Shown here piece by piece: positions 32,033 through 41,651 of a DNA stretch of 64,000 nt. The notes under the pieces are model-generated. The model searched no databases. It saw only the letters and a list, made by a program, of their open reading frames with translations, and was not told where the DNA came from. Source of the DNA: Candidatus Bathyarchaeia archaeon (GTDB lineage: Archaea; Thermoproteota; Bathyarchaeia; 40CM-2-53-6); assembly GCA_049513715.1 (NCBI GenBank), contig JBEKVV010000005.1, positions 128,001-192,000 on the forward strand. The letters are read 5' to 3'. Position 1 is the stretch's first letter, and each line of letters opens with the position of its first letter. A program made the translations under genes and the position numbers.

Positions 32033-32078
32033 TGGTGCGGGGGAGGGGATTTTGACCCCACTTTACCGGTACATATAA
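32033..32078 (-). repeat. Family A copy 1 (arm + tRNA-Leu-like 3' end with CCA)
   Basis: Minus strand: TTATATGTACCGGTAAAGTGGGGTCAAAATCCCCTCCCCCGCACCA. Confidence 0.9.
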
Positions 32079-32175
32079 ACAGGCTTCGTGGGTCCCGTGG
32101 TTCCCACATGGATTTGCCAGTGGGACGCATTTCAAATCATCATGAAATAAGTCGATTCAAGTTCCGTTGTTTTTT

Positions 32176-32234
32176 TACGGTGGGTCGGATTCGAACCCCC
32201 CGTAGTACCCGTGCTTGGCTGGATGAACACCGGA
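32176..32234 (-). repeat. Family C copy 1 (arm + degenerate tRNA 3' end)
   Basis: Minus: TCCGGTGTTC...AGCCAAGCAC...CTACGGGGGGTTCGAATCCGACCCACCGT. Confidence 0.75.
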
Positions 32235-32330
32235 CCGTTCTCGGTTTGGCAGGGTTTGTCGTCGGACAATTCGCTCACAATCTCACTAAATGTGCATCTA
32301 ACTCTAAACCATTTGGCTGATGCCGAACAG

Positions 32331-32358
32331 TCGTGGGGTCGATGGGATACGAACCCAC
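32331..32358 (-). repeat. Isolated tRNA 3'-end fragment (not a full tRNA)
   Basis: Minus: GTGGGTTCGTATCCCATCGACCCCACGA (T-stem, T-loop, acceptor 3' strand). Confidence 0.7.
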
Positions 32359-32453
32359 CAAGATCGGACTTCGAATTCAAAATCAAAGCCAGTAAACAGC
32401 CGTAGATGAGAATTGTAATTTGCAGTGGAAATGAGTGTACAGGGTCCGTCAAA

Positions 32454-32515
32454 TAGTACGCAGGGCCGGATTCGAACCCCCCGTAGCTGTTGTGCTTGGC
32501 TCCGCGAACACCGGA
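32454..32515 (-). repeat. Family C copy 2
   Basis: Minus: TCCGGTGTTC...AGCCAAGCAC...CTACGGGGGGTTCGAATCCGGCCCTGCGTACTA. Confidence 0.75.
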
Positions 32516-32609
32516 TGCTTGCTTTGGGAGAGAAGAATCTAGTAACAAGACTGAAGCTCTCGTATCTTCTCCCGTGGTGAAAAAGCCGCCACTCAAACAG
32601 CACCAGTCG

Positions 32610-32657
32610 GAGATGGGCAGGGGATTTCAACCCCAATTTGCCGGTACATGTAAGCCG
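32610..32657 (-). repeat. Family A copy 2
   Basis: Plus: GAGATGGGCAGGGGATTTCAACCCCAATTTGCCGGTACATGTAAGCCG. Confidence 0.9.
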
Positions 32658-32764
32658 TTGAAACTTGTCACGAAATAATGGAGGGCACAACGTAAGATCC
32701 GACTGCAGAACATTGACGAAAACATACGCTGAGAGGGGAATCAGGGGATAGGTTAAAAACAAAC

Positions 32765-33736
32765 TTGCAACTCAGCCCAATTATGCCTTTAACGCGTATT
32801 TTCTTTACGTCAGATGTTCATGGATCTGATGTGTGCTTCATGAAGTTTCTCAATGCCGCCAAGTTCTACGAAGCGAGCATCCTCATCTTGGGCGGAGACC
32901 TTACTGGGAAGATGATAGTCCCAGTCATAGAACAGTCCGACGGAGAATACACTACCGAGTTTCTTGGCATGCATCAAACACTGAAGACTCGGCAGGCTAA
33001 GGATGAGGTAGTGAAACAGATCCGAGACAGCGGGTACTACCCATACGAAAGCACTCCGAGTGAGGCAGAGAAACTCCGGGAGAACAAGAAACTGGTGGAC
33101 GAGCTTTTTACGAAAGTAATGGTTGATGGAGTTAAGCGATGGGTCTCGATTGCCGAAGAACGATTGAAGGGAACCGGCGTAGAGTGCTACATAAGTCCTG
33201 GAAACGATGACCGATTTGAAGTCGATCCGATTCTAAAAGGATCGCAGAAGATTCATTGCCCTGAGGATGAGGTTGTCTGGTTGGATAAGAACCACGAAAT
33301 GATAACGAGTAGCTGGACGAACCAGACACCCTGGCATAGCCCGCGTGAGACAACAGAGGACAAACTTACTGAGATTTTCGGTAGAATGATCTCAAGAGTT
33401 CAGCGAATGGAAAACTGCATCTTCAACTTACACGTTCCGCCCTACAACACGCCCATGGATTTGGCTCCCGAGCTGGATGAGACGCTGAAACCAGTGGTGA
33501 AGGGTGGGGGGATGAGCATGATTCATGTTGGAAGTACCGCGGTTAGGAGTGCAATTGAGAAGCACCAGCCATTGTTGGGTATCCACGGACACATTCATGA
33601 ATCCCGGGGTTTCGAAAACATCGGAAGAACGCTGGTCCTGAACCCTGGCAGTGAGTACGGGGAAGGAATTCTGCGTGGTGCAATCATTAACCTTGATGAG
33701 AAGAAAGTCAAGAGTTATCTTCTTACCCAAGGATGA
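32765..33736 (+). CDS. Icc-related metallophosphoesterase
   Basis: SDVHGS, GGDLTGK, PGNDD, HVPP, HGHIHE, NPGS. Confidence 0.92.
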   Translation: MQLSPIMPLTRIFFTSDVHGSDVCFMKFLNAAKFYEASILILGGDLTGKMIVPVIEQSDGEYTTEFLGMHQTLKTRQAKDEVVKQIRDSGYYPYESTPSEAEKLRENKKLVDELFTKVMVDGVKRWVSIAEERLKGTGVECYISPGNDDRFEVDPILKGSQKIHCPEDEVVWLDKNHEMITSSWTNQTPWHSPRETTEDKLTEIFGRMISRVQRMENCIFNLHVPPYNTPMDLAPELDETLKPVVKGGGMSMIHVGSTAVRSAIEKHQPLLGIHGHIHESRGFENIGRTLVLNPGSEYGEGILRGAIINLDEKKVKSYLLTQG

Positions 33737-34011
33737 CGGTTGCCAATTTGTCCCTGGATGAAGCACTTTACAGGGTGTGGTTCGTCGTTCGTCCTTAGGT
33801 GGTTTGATCGCTCTCAGGGTAGTAGCTTTCGGACAGAGCTTGGAGGCAAAAGCCGGGATCAGCCAGACTTGAGCCTATTAGTTTTGGTATGCGGGCGACA
33901 TAAGTTGAGCAACCGTAGAATATGATTCAAACCCCCAGGAACATGAGAATCTAGAGATTACAGAAACGAATAAAAGACGGGTTTCGTGAGATCCATATCG
34001 AGTTTTTCTGA

Positions 34012-35223
34012 ATGGAAGTCGACATCCCTAAGCAGGTTTACTACGGGCGAGTCAAGAGAATACGGGAATATTTGCAGGAACACGAACTGAAAGCGCTTCT
34101 GGTCTTCGAAAGTCAAAATCTCATGTACATCTCGGGGTTCATTGATGATTCCGGAAATCCCGTCGAGAGACCGATCGTTTGCGTGGTTCCCCTCGAAGAA
34201 GAACCTTTCATGATACTATGTGAATTGTCCAGGAACCGCGCTCTTTTCGAGATTGAGAGTAAAACGTGCCCAATTGAGGATATACGTTTCTACGCGGAAC
34301 ACCCGCAACAAGTGAATAGGACGTACTACACCACGCAATGGGCAGATATGGTCGTGGATATTCTTGCTGAGAAGAAATGCCTAGGTGGAAGACTCGGCCT
34401 TGATGTTCCACCCGCGAGTGTGGACTCAGTCTTGGCCGTGAAGCTTTCGAAGATGATGGATGCATCAGACCTCCTTCGAGAGATGCGACTCATAAAATGC
34501 AAAGAAGAACTTGATCTAATCAGAGTATGCGGTCCATTTAGCGACTTGGGTCAGGAGGTCTTGAGGCAAGAAATCCATGTTGGAAAGTCGCAACTAGAAA
34601 TCGGTGTGGAAGCCACCACTGCTATGCGACGAGAAGGCGCCAAGAAATATCCAGACGCCTGCATCCGCGCCACAGCCGCAGTATTTGGATCAGGCCCAGT
34701 ATACAGCGTAATGCCTGACGCTGTGCGAGGAGTGGGTAGGAAGCTTGAGCGAGGTGACAACTTGATAGATATCACCGATTTTCGGTTGAACATGTACGGC
34801 GTTGAGAACGAGAGGACCTTCATTATTGGACCCGCCTCTGAAAAACAGGTGAGAGCGTTCAACGTAATGGTTGAAGCACAGGAAAGAGCTTTCGAGGCAG
34901 AAAGACCCGGAAACAAGATGTCAGACGTGGATGCAGCCGCACGAAAAGTCTTTGAAGATGCAGGCTACGGCGACTGTATCTCCCATAGAACATATCACGG
35001 AATGGGGCTTCACATGGGTCAGTATAATCATGAATATCCCTATCTCACATCGTTCATGGAACGCAAAATCATGTCTGGAATGGTGTTTTCCTGCGAGCCG
35101 GGAATCTACGTTCCGGGGGTGGGCGGTTTCAGACATTCTGATACTGTCATCATAACTGATAGTGGACCAGAGAGAGTCACTAACTTTCCGAGAGATCTAG
35201 AATCTTTGACTGTGAAAACATAA
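34012..35223 (+). CDS. M24 (Xaa-Pro peptidase/creatinase fold) protein
   Basis: MRLIK, ENERT, HGMGL, HEYP, CEPGIY, FRHSDT. Confidence 0.9.
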   Translation: MEVDIPKQVYYGRVKRIREYLQEHELKALLVFESQNLMYISGFIDDSGNPVERPIVCVVPLEEEPFMILCELSRNRALFEIESKTCPIEDIRFYAEHPQQVNRTYYTTQWADMVVDILAEKKCLGGRLGLDVPPASVDSVLAVKLSKMMDASDLLREMRLIKCKEELDLIRVCGPFSDLGQEVLRQEIHVGKSQLEIGVEATTAMRREGAKKYPDACIRATAAVFGSGPVYSVMPDAVRGVGRKLERGDNLIDITDFRLNMYGVENERTFIIGPASEKQVRAFNVMVEAQERAFEAERPGNKMSDVDAAARKVFEDAGYGDCISHRTYHGMGLHMGQYNHEYPYLTSFMERKIMSGMVFSCEPGIYVPGVGGFRHSDTVIITDSGPERVTNFPRDLESLTVKT

Positions 35224-35485
35224 ACGGTTTCCGAAAGGCTTCCTCCCGCAGCTTTCCAATGACGTCCTCGGACATTTAGAGAATATCTTGAGTTTTTCCA
35301 CCGTGGTTTCGTTAAACGTATACGAGCGATATTCGAACCACGATGTGATTAGTTTCTGATGCAGTTGAAAGTTAGATTGTTGTTGATTTGTTGACTTTTG
35401 TAAACAATGACACACGTTCGGTCGTAGCCAACGGAAGCGTTAAATACAATGATCCCAGGAGCTAACCTTTCCGAGAAGATATTTT

Positions 35486-37078
35486 ATGTCGAAGGCGAAG
35501 CCGATCGACACACAAGTATACGTTCGTGAAGCGACTGGCCTTGTTCGAGAACTTGGGGCTAAAGATATTTTCATTTGGACAATTGTTTGGTATCCGTTAT
35601 TTGCTTCTTATGTTAACTATTTCTGGTATACGCCTGCGCTTGTTCATAATGTAAACTACTACCTTGCGTTTGGTCTTTGGTTTATTCTCTTCTGCATTTT
35701 TCCGCCTGCATTATGGTGGATGATGATTTCTATCATGCCCAAGACGGGCGGTGACTACGTCTTCACTTCAAGAGCCCTTCATCCAGCGATAGGATTTTCC
35801 GCGAGTTTTTGTGTGACCTTTGCATTGGCTTTGACCGCGATCTCTGGTGGAACTTATTATGGTTTGGCTGAGACAGCCGTACAATTGGAAACGGCTGGTC
35901 AGATATCAGGTAATCAAGCTGTCACAGCAGCTGGTTTACTCATAGATCCTTTTGCGGGCGGCAGCTTGCCTCTGATCTTCGCCTTAGGGGTGATTGTACT
36001 CGTCATTGGAGCTGCATTCGCGTACTTTGGCAGTGGTGTCTTTAACAAGGTAATTTGGGTAATTTTCGGAATAGGTCTCGTCGGTCTCGTAATTGAAGTT
36101 CCCATCCTACTCATGACTTCAAGATCTACGTTCGCTGCTGCCTATGCTCAATACTATTCGGGTGGCGTTCAAGGTGTATTTGCAGCAGCGCAGAAGGGAG
36201 GGTATGTGCCGGGGTATTCGATGGCTGCCACTCTCCTAGCGGTTCCAGTGATTGCGGGAAGCCTGGGGCCCTACCTCGTCCTAGGGAACGTTGCAGGTGA
36301 AGTAAAGAACGTTAAGAGAAGTTATCTGCTCGGACTTTGGGGAGCAATCGTATTGTCGGCTGTTGTTTGGGTAGTTCTAACATTCCTGACGGATCGAGTT
36401 ATTGGCCTAGACTTCATAGAGGCTTGGACCGTTGGCCCGGGAGGCGGCTTTCCGCCGGTCGTGAGTGCGCTATTAACTGTCGTCGCACCTAATCTCACAT
36501 TGAACATCGCTGTGGCACTAATACTCCTGATCTCGAACATTGGTTTCTCGTACCTGGGATTCGCATTCGCAAGTAGGGCGATGCTCGCTTGGGCATTCGA
36601 CCGGGTCGCCCCTGCGAGGCTTGCATATGTAAATGAGAAGTATCATTCGCCGGGTGTGGCCATCCTCGTAACGCTCCTAATTTCATTGTCGGGATGGACT
36701 CTCATCGAGTTTACAAGATTCACCTCCATCGTCTTGAATAGCGACGTGCTGAAGTACGTGGCGTGGGGTGTCGTCAGCCTTTCCGCAGTCATAATGCCCT
36801 TCAGAAAGAAGGAACTCTTTGATAGGTCTCCAGTGAAATACAGAATTGCAGGCGTCCCCGTCATTTCCATATTGGGATTGGTGTCCTTCTTCCTCTACGC
36901 ATACTACATCATATTGTTTACAACAACGAACCTCTTCTTCTCGCCGTCAGTAACACAAGTCTATTTTCTGGCATTTATGTTCGTAATTGCGATTGCGGGA
37001 TACTTTGTCGCATATGCGTACCGGAAATCGAAAGGAATCGACATTACGAAAGCGTTTGAAGAGCTACCGCCAGACTAA
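35486..37078 (+). CDS. APC family amino acid permease
   Basis: REATGLVRE, MPKTGGDYV, SRAMLAWAFDR, FEELPPD; many TM helices. Confidence 0.92.
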   Translation: MSKAKPIDTQVYVREATGLVRELGAKDIFIWTIVWYPLFASYVNYFWYTPALVHNVNYYLAFGLWFILFCIFPPALWWMMISIMPKTGGDYVFTSRALHPAIGFSASFCVTFALALTAISGGTYYGLAETAVQLETAGQISGNQAVTAAGLLIDPFAGGSLPLIFALGVIVLVIGAAFAYFGSGVFNKVIWVIFGIGLVGLVIEVPILLMTSRSTFAAAYAQYYSGGVQGVFAAAQKGGYVPGYSMAATLLAVPVIAGSLGPYLVLGNVAGEVKNVKRSYLLGLWGAIVLSAVVWVVLTFLTDRVIGLDFIEAWTVGPGGGFPPVVSALLTVVAPNLTLNIAVALILLISNIGFSYLGFAFASRAMLAWAFDRVAPARLAYVNEKYHSPGVAILVTLLISLSGWTLIEFTRFTSIVLNSDVLKYVAWGVVSLSAVIMPFRKKELFDRSPVKYRIAGVPVISILGLVSFFLYAYYIILFTTTNLFFSPSVTQVYFLAFMFVIAIAGYFVAYAYRKSKGIDITKAFEELPPD

Positions 37079-37209
37079 GCGGCCGCGCATTCCCGGGCTA
37101 AGCGGGTCCCAGTCCTCGGACCCGAAAAAGTAATCGCTAGAGTTGTGGGTTTGCGACCGGTGTGTGGCCGATTTGTTCGGGGTTTGTTCGTGGGTTTGAG
37201 GTTGAGAAA

Positions 37210-37254
37210 CTTCAGGGATGGAGCAGGGGATTTCAACCCCAATTTACCAGTACA
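37210..37254 (-). repeat. Family A copy 3
   Basis: Plus: CTTCAGGGATGGAGCAGGGGATTTCAACCCCAATTTACCAGTACA. Confidence 0.88.
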
Positions 37255-37341
37255 AGCAAGAAATGAGTCCGCCTATTTTCTTGCCTTTTAGTGAGAGATG
37301 AGCCCGAATGGATACCCTGGAACTCCAAATCTGGGTACTGT

Positions 37342-38874
37342 TCATTTGCGCCTTTGGTGCGAACGCTTCATCACCAGCAGTGTCAAAGCAGCACCTGTTG
37401 AAACGACAAGAACGATGACAATTATAGTTAGTTGCTCAAGCGAAAGATCAAGGGTTGGCCCTGCTGAGGATAGCGTCCCGATGTTCTGCTGACTCGTAGT
37501 CTGCGTAACGGATACAGTGGGATTCTTTGAGGCTGCGTTTGCCATCTCTGATGCTGATTTCGCAGCCTGCATGGCATCTACGAATCCACCTTCACTGAAT
37601 GACGATTGGGCCTTGGTGAGCTGATTCTTTGCCGCTTCGAGACCGTTGTCTCTAGATTCGATTTGCGCTTTGGAGATGGCGTCTTGTGCGCTTGCGATTA
37701 TGTTGTTTGCTTCATTCGCTTGATTCCCCGTCAAAGCATTTGCTATCATAACCCTGTAAGCGTAACCCGTTCTGTCAACCACGATGATAGAGAAATCTTT
37801 GGCTTGATTGACTAAGGCCGGAATGTTGCTTCGGCCGATGTTGAATGGGGCATCGAACAAGTCCTTTTCTGGATCTGGATTGCTGTTGGGATGAGAGTCT
37901 ACGACTTTGACTTGCCCTTCATCAGATTGGCTGCAACATTCAAGAGTCCATGTTCCATCAACGGTGTAGATGAGGACGCCAAATTGTGGGTCCGGGTAGT
38001 TGGAAGATGAATACAAAGAGAGAGATTGGTCTTCACCAAGCTTCTCTCGGACCTCGACGTAGTATGTCAAAGTAGAGCCCGGCAAGTGAATCCTAGCCAG
38101 ATACGTTTTGCCTGTGGCATTTTCTAGGGCATCGATGGTGATTGTCCTCTGAACACTGTCGCTAACGTCTACTATCTGATTTTTCTGGAGCCACCCGAGT
38201 CTTATCAGAGACCATGAAGTGAACCCGCCGAGGCTCCAAGACATGAGGTCCCATGGTCCAAGCCAAACAGCAGATGGTTTGCTCTGCTCAGCAAGCCCGT
38301 AGCTGTACAAATCTGGAAGGTGGCCTAGTGCGTGACCAAGCTCATGGCAGTAAGTGAAGGAATCCGTATTTTCGTTTTCGAAAGAAACGCCGATGCTTGG
38401 GAACGCATGAGGCCAGACTTCACCCGCATAGACAATGAACGTAATCGCATATTTGCCAGCGCCTATTCCCAACTGCCCCAGACGACCCCGTGCTGTTGCG
38501 TCGACCGTTTGCATCTGGCCATCATCGTAGTTCCATTCAAACAGCTTCATCTCCTTCACCTTAACCGGCAACGTAATCCAATTCGGTAGTACCTCAGCTG
38601 TTAGCTTCAACTTCCCATAAGAAACCGTGGTGTAGTATTCCTGAACTTGCGTCACTGTGATCTCCCGCAATTCATCAATTGACTTTGTGTGAGGCAAATC
38701 TGTGAAATCAAAGAAAGCCACCAAATACTTTGCTTCGTTGGGAACCGTATACGCTTGTGCACTCATCGACTTGTTGAGCCATGGTAAGTAGCTTGTAAAG
38801 ACCAATAAGAGAATAATCAAGCAAGCTAACTTGCTCGCAGCTGACTTACTACGGAAACAAGATTCGGCAGACAT
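37342..38874 (-). CDS. Membrane-anchored M6 (InhA-like) metalloprotease
   Basis: HELGHALGHLPDLY, WDLMS, LGW; N- and C-terminal TM. Confidence 0.88.
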   Translation of the reverse strand: MSAESCFRSKSAASKLACLIILLLVFTSYLPWLNKSMSAQAYTVPNEAKYLVAFFDFTDLPHTKSIDELREITVTQVQEYYTTVSYGKLKLTAEVLPNWITLPVKVKEMKLFEWNYDDGQMQTVDATARGRLGQLGIGAGKYAITFIVYAGEVWPHAFPSIGVSFENENTDSFTYCHELGHALGHLPDLYSYGLAEQSKPSAVWLGPWDLMSWSLGGFTSWSLIRLGWLQKNQIVDVSDSVQRTITIDALENATGKTYLARIHLPGSTLTYYVEVREKLGEDQSLSLYSSSNYPDPQFGVLIYTVDGTWTLECCSQSDEGQVKVVDSHPNSNPDPEKDLFDAPFNIGRSNIPALVNQAKDFSIIVVDRTGYAYRVMIANALTGNQANEANNIIASAQDAISKAQIESRDNGLEAAKNQLTKAQSSFSEGGFVDAMQAAKSASEMANAASKNPTVSVTQTTSQQNIGTLSSAGPTLDLSLEQLTIIVIVLVVSTGAALTLLVMKRSHQRRK

Positions 38875-38935
38875 GTTCCGAATTACCGTCTTCTAGCGTG
38901 TTAAATGCAATCTATATAGCACATGTAGGTTCACG

Positions 38936-38987
38936 TTCAGAGATGGAGAAGGGGATTTTGACCCCAATTTATCGGTACATATAAGCC
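38936..38987 (-). repeat. Family A copy 4
   Basis: Plus: TTCAGAGATGGAGAAGGGGATTTTGACCCCAATTTATCGGTACATATAAGCC. Confidence 0.9.
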
Positions 38988-39027
38988 GGTTCAAATTGCG
39001 TTGCCCGCACCAGCTGACCCACACACA
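38988..39027 (+). repeat. Family B copy (tRNA-like core + GACCCACACAC arm)
   Basis: GGTTCAAAT-TGCGTTGCCCGC-ACCA-GCTGACCCACACACA. Confidence 0.85.
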
Positions 39028-39042
39028 GCCAAGATCGTTTCG

Positions 39043-39936
39043 CTAGCTGGTTCCTTTCTCAAATCCTCTTGCTATTGAATCTACAAGTTCTTCTGCGATG
39101 GAACCGTCTGGGTCTAGTTCGGGGTTGAAAATAGCGATGTCCATCCCTACTGCTCTTTTGCTGCCAAGAGCACAGGTCAGAAGATTCGACAGGTCACGGA
39201 AGCTCAGTCCGCCGGGTGTGCGATAGTCCACAGCAGGCATTATGGCGTCATCCAGTACATCCACATCCAAGTGGATCCAGAATCCGTCAATGCCTGTCTC
39301 GATTAGCTTGTCAATAGCTTCTGACGATTTGTTCGTAATTCCACTTTTCCGAATATCTTCCCATTCAACAGTGAGGACGCCTGTGGTCTTGACGTCTTGG
39401 CTACCGTTACGTTGTTGTTCTTCAACATCACGATAACCAAATGCGACAGTATGCTCATCCCTAACGAGTGGTTTGAGTCCATCGATGTTCGTAAGAATCT
39501 CTGGTCCTCTGCCGGTTACAATTGCAAGGTCCATGTCTGCCACTTCGCCAGTTGGCGAAGCTGATGGTTGGTAGAAATCAGCGTGTCCGTCGATAAAGAA
39601 GAGTCCATAGTTGCCAAGTTGCCGCAGTGCAAGCATACAACCAATCAAGATACTGCAATCGCCCCCCAAAACTAGGGGAAAGAAACCGTCCGTTATCTCC
39701 TGTCGTATTTTATTCGATAGGGAAATGGAAAATTCACGTATCCCTTTCGAGTTAAGTACGTTCGTTTCACTGTCTCTTTGGTAGCTGTATGAAGAGATGG
39801 GCACTACTCTTCCATGATACTCCGCGCCGACCCTCTGGATTAATCCTTTAGCCTTCAACGCTTCAGGCAATCTCTCGACCCCCTGAGGTTTCAGGCCTAG
39901 GATAGAGGGACCATCAACGACGGCTATGGGCTTCAT
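39043..39936 (-). CDS. Arginase family protein
   Basis: GGDCS, DGHADF, HLDVDVLD, PGGL, NPELD. Confidence 0.92.
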   Translation of the reverse strand: MKPIAVVDGPSILGLKPQGVERLPEALKAKGLIQRVGAEYHGRVVPISSYSYQRDSETNVLNSKGIREFSISLSNKIRQEITDGFFPLVLGGDCSILIGCMLALRQLGNYGLFFIDGHADFYQPSASPTGEVADMDLAIVTGRGPEILTNIDGLKPLVRDEHTVAFGYRDVEEQQRNGSQDVKTTGVLTVEWEDIRKSGITNKSSEAIDKLIETGIDGFWIHLDVDVLDDAIMPAVDYRTPGGLSFRDLSNLLTCALGSKRAVGMDIAIFNPELDPDGSIAEELVDSIARGFEKGTS

Positions 39937-40046
39937 TACACTTCTGAGAATACCCGCTCCGACTTTAGGAGTTATTCTTGTAAGGCGTCTTTCATTTCAT
40001 GCGCAAGACTGAAGACTCTCCAAGGGCGCGCCGTTTCTAGTGTGTG

Positions 40047-40068
40047 CGCACCAGCTGACCCACACACA
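40047..40068 (+). repeat. Family B partial copy, identical to 39006-39027
   Basis: CGCACCAGCTGACCCACACACA (22/22 identity). Confidence 0.9.
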
Positions 40069-40086
40069 AAGGACTAGATGTCTAAG

Positions 40087-40118
40087 TCAGAGATGGGTCA
40101 GGGGATTTTGACCCCACT
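40087..40118 (-). repeat. Family A copy 5 (arm truncated)
   Basis: Plus: TCAGAGATGGGTCAGGGGATTTTGACCCCACT. Confidence 0.85.
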
Positions 40119-40222
40119 AGCCTGGTCTTGAGTACGTTTAACAGTAACAGTGTAACAGTAATCTATCACGTCAAATGTCTCATTTTGAGATTATTGCGAT
40201 GGGTTAGTCGGTGGTTCATGTT

Positions 40223-40264
40223 GGTTCAAATTCTGATGCTCGCACCATTAGACCCCACACACAC
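40223..40264 (+). repeat. Family B copy
   Basis: GGTTCAAAT-TCTGATGCTCGC-ACCA-TTAGACCCCACACACAC. Confidence 0.82.
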
Positions 40265-40365
40265 TGAACCCCACGATTCATTCCAAAGTTCAGGCATGAT
40301 ACCCAGACACATCGGCTAAAGCAACCTACATGAACAGAACCCGATGAGCTGGTCGTAGTGTAGAC

Positions 40366-40956
40366 TTGGACCAGCACATTGCCTTTGGGCCCGAAGAAAC
40401 CGTAATCTTGATTGTGTGTCTTGTATGGGCGTTCAGTGAATTTGTGGGAGGTTACATTATCCCTCGTTTGCGAGGAAGAGGGACGGTCAAAGCGAGAAGT
40501 GATAAGGGTTCTAGCATGGTTATCTGGTTGAGTCTCTTTGTTTCGATAACTATTGTCTTCTTTTTCGGGAAGAATGGTATCACGCTGCTGCCCGATTGGT
40601 TCTTCTATCTTGGGATACCGTTGATGGTGGCGGGAATTGCGTTTCGTCAGTGGGCGATCCTCGTATTGGGCCGGTTCTTCTCGACTACGGTTAAGATCAT
40701 TAGCGACCACAGAATAATCAGTAATGGACCATACCGGCTTATTCGTCACCCTACCTACGCCGGGTCACTCCTCACCCTCGTGGGCCTCGGTCTCGCCTCG
40801 AGAACATGGGGAGGCACACTGGTTATTGCGGCTCTGTTTGGGTTAGTCTACAACTACCGCATCAGTGTCGAAGAAAAAGCATTGAAAGCAGAGTTTGGAC
40901 AGGAGTACGTTGACTACGCCGGAAAAACAAAGCGGTTAATCCCATTTCTGTTGTGA
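40366..40956 (+). CDS. ICMT family membrane methyltransferase
   Basis: LGRFFS, GPYRLIRHPTYAG, RISVEEKAL..FG.EY. Confidence 0.92.
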   Translation: MDQHIAFGPEETVILIVCLVWAFSEFVGGYIIPRLRGRGTVKARSDKGSSMVIWLSLFVSITIVFFFGKNGITLLPDWFFYLGIPLMVAGIAFRQWAILVLGRFFSTTVKIISDHRIISNGPYRLIRHPTYAGSLLTLVGLGLASRTWGGTLVIAALFGLVYNYRISVEEKALKAEFGQEYVDYAGKTKRLIPFLL

Positions 40957-41093
40957 ACGGGGATATCAACGCGGAGTGGGCATTCGCCCATCCTTTTCGG
41001 ATTCGAACATCGTGGTTTTGGTCAAGCTCGTATTTGCAGCGGTGAAGGGCTTAGCTTGCGTTTCACTCAGCGTTCCGACAGCGGTAGCCATTT

Positions 41094-41510
41094 CTACTTT
41101 TCAAGTAGGCTTGTGAAGAAGTCGTGGTGTTCTTCTTCCTCAGCCTCTATTTCTTCGAACATCTCCTTCGTGGCTACGTCTCCTTCCTTGTGGGCTTGTT
41201 CCATGATTTCCTTGTACATTTTGATGGCGCCCTCTTCCGCCTTCACGTCTAGTGTCAACATTTCCGTCAGGTTTTCGCCGACTTTTATCGGGCTTGGTTG
41301 TATTGTCGGTTTTCCTCCGAGGTACCAGAGGCGTTCAGCCACCTTCTCGGCGTGCTTCATCTCATCAACAGCGATTTTCTTGATTCCCACAGTAACGGCG
41401 TAATGTTCAACGCCTTTCCATTGAACGTGTTGCCACATGTACTGAATTGCTGCCTGCATCTCATCAGCGATCGCATTGTTCAACATTCCCAGCAGCTTCT
41501 CTGAAGCCAT
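41094..41510 (-). CDS. Ferritin-like (bacterioferritin-type) protein
   Basis: ADEMQAAIQY, DEMKHAE, EEGAIKMY, EEEHHDFF. Confidence 0.9.
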   Translation of the reverse strand: MASEKLLGMLNNAIADEMQAAIQYMWQHVQWKGVEHYAVTVGIKKIAVDEMKHAEKVAERLWYLGGKPTIQPSPIKVGENLTEMLTLDVKAEEGAIKMYKEIMEQAHKEGDVATKEMFEEIEAEEEEHHDFFTSLLEK

Positions 41511-41651
41511 TCAACACATCTCGACTACCACTCCTCAGAAGCCTCGAAATATACGACTTTTTTTCAGTAGTGAAAACTCCTCAGGACAGTGAATTACGTA
41601 GGGTAATTTATGTGACCTCTAGAAACACGTACTCAGCTTAGAGGCGGTTGT

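Noticed and set aside
32033..32515. Intact tRNA genes (also considered at 47833 and 54515)
   Set aside because: Only T-arm/acceptor 3' strands are present; no complementary 5' acceptor strand, D-arm or anticodon arm could be folded.
32024..32762. Overlapping ORFs of 62-154 aa in the repeat hotspot
   Set aside because: They translate the repeats themselves and show no recognisable domain.
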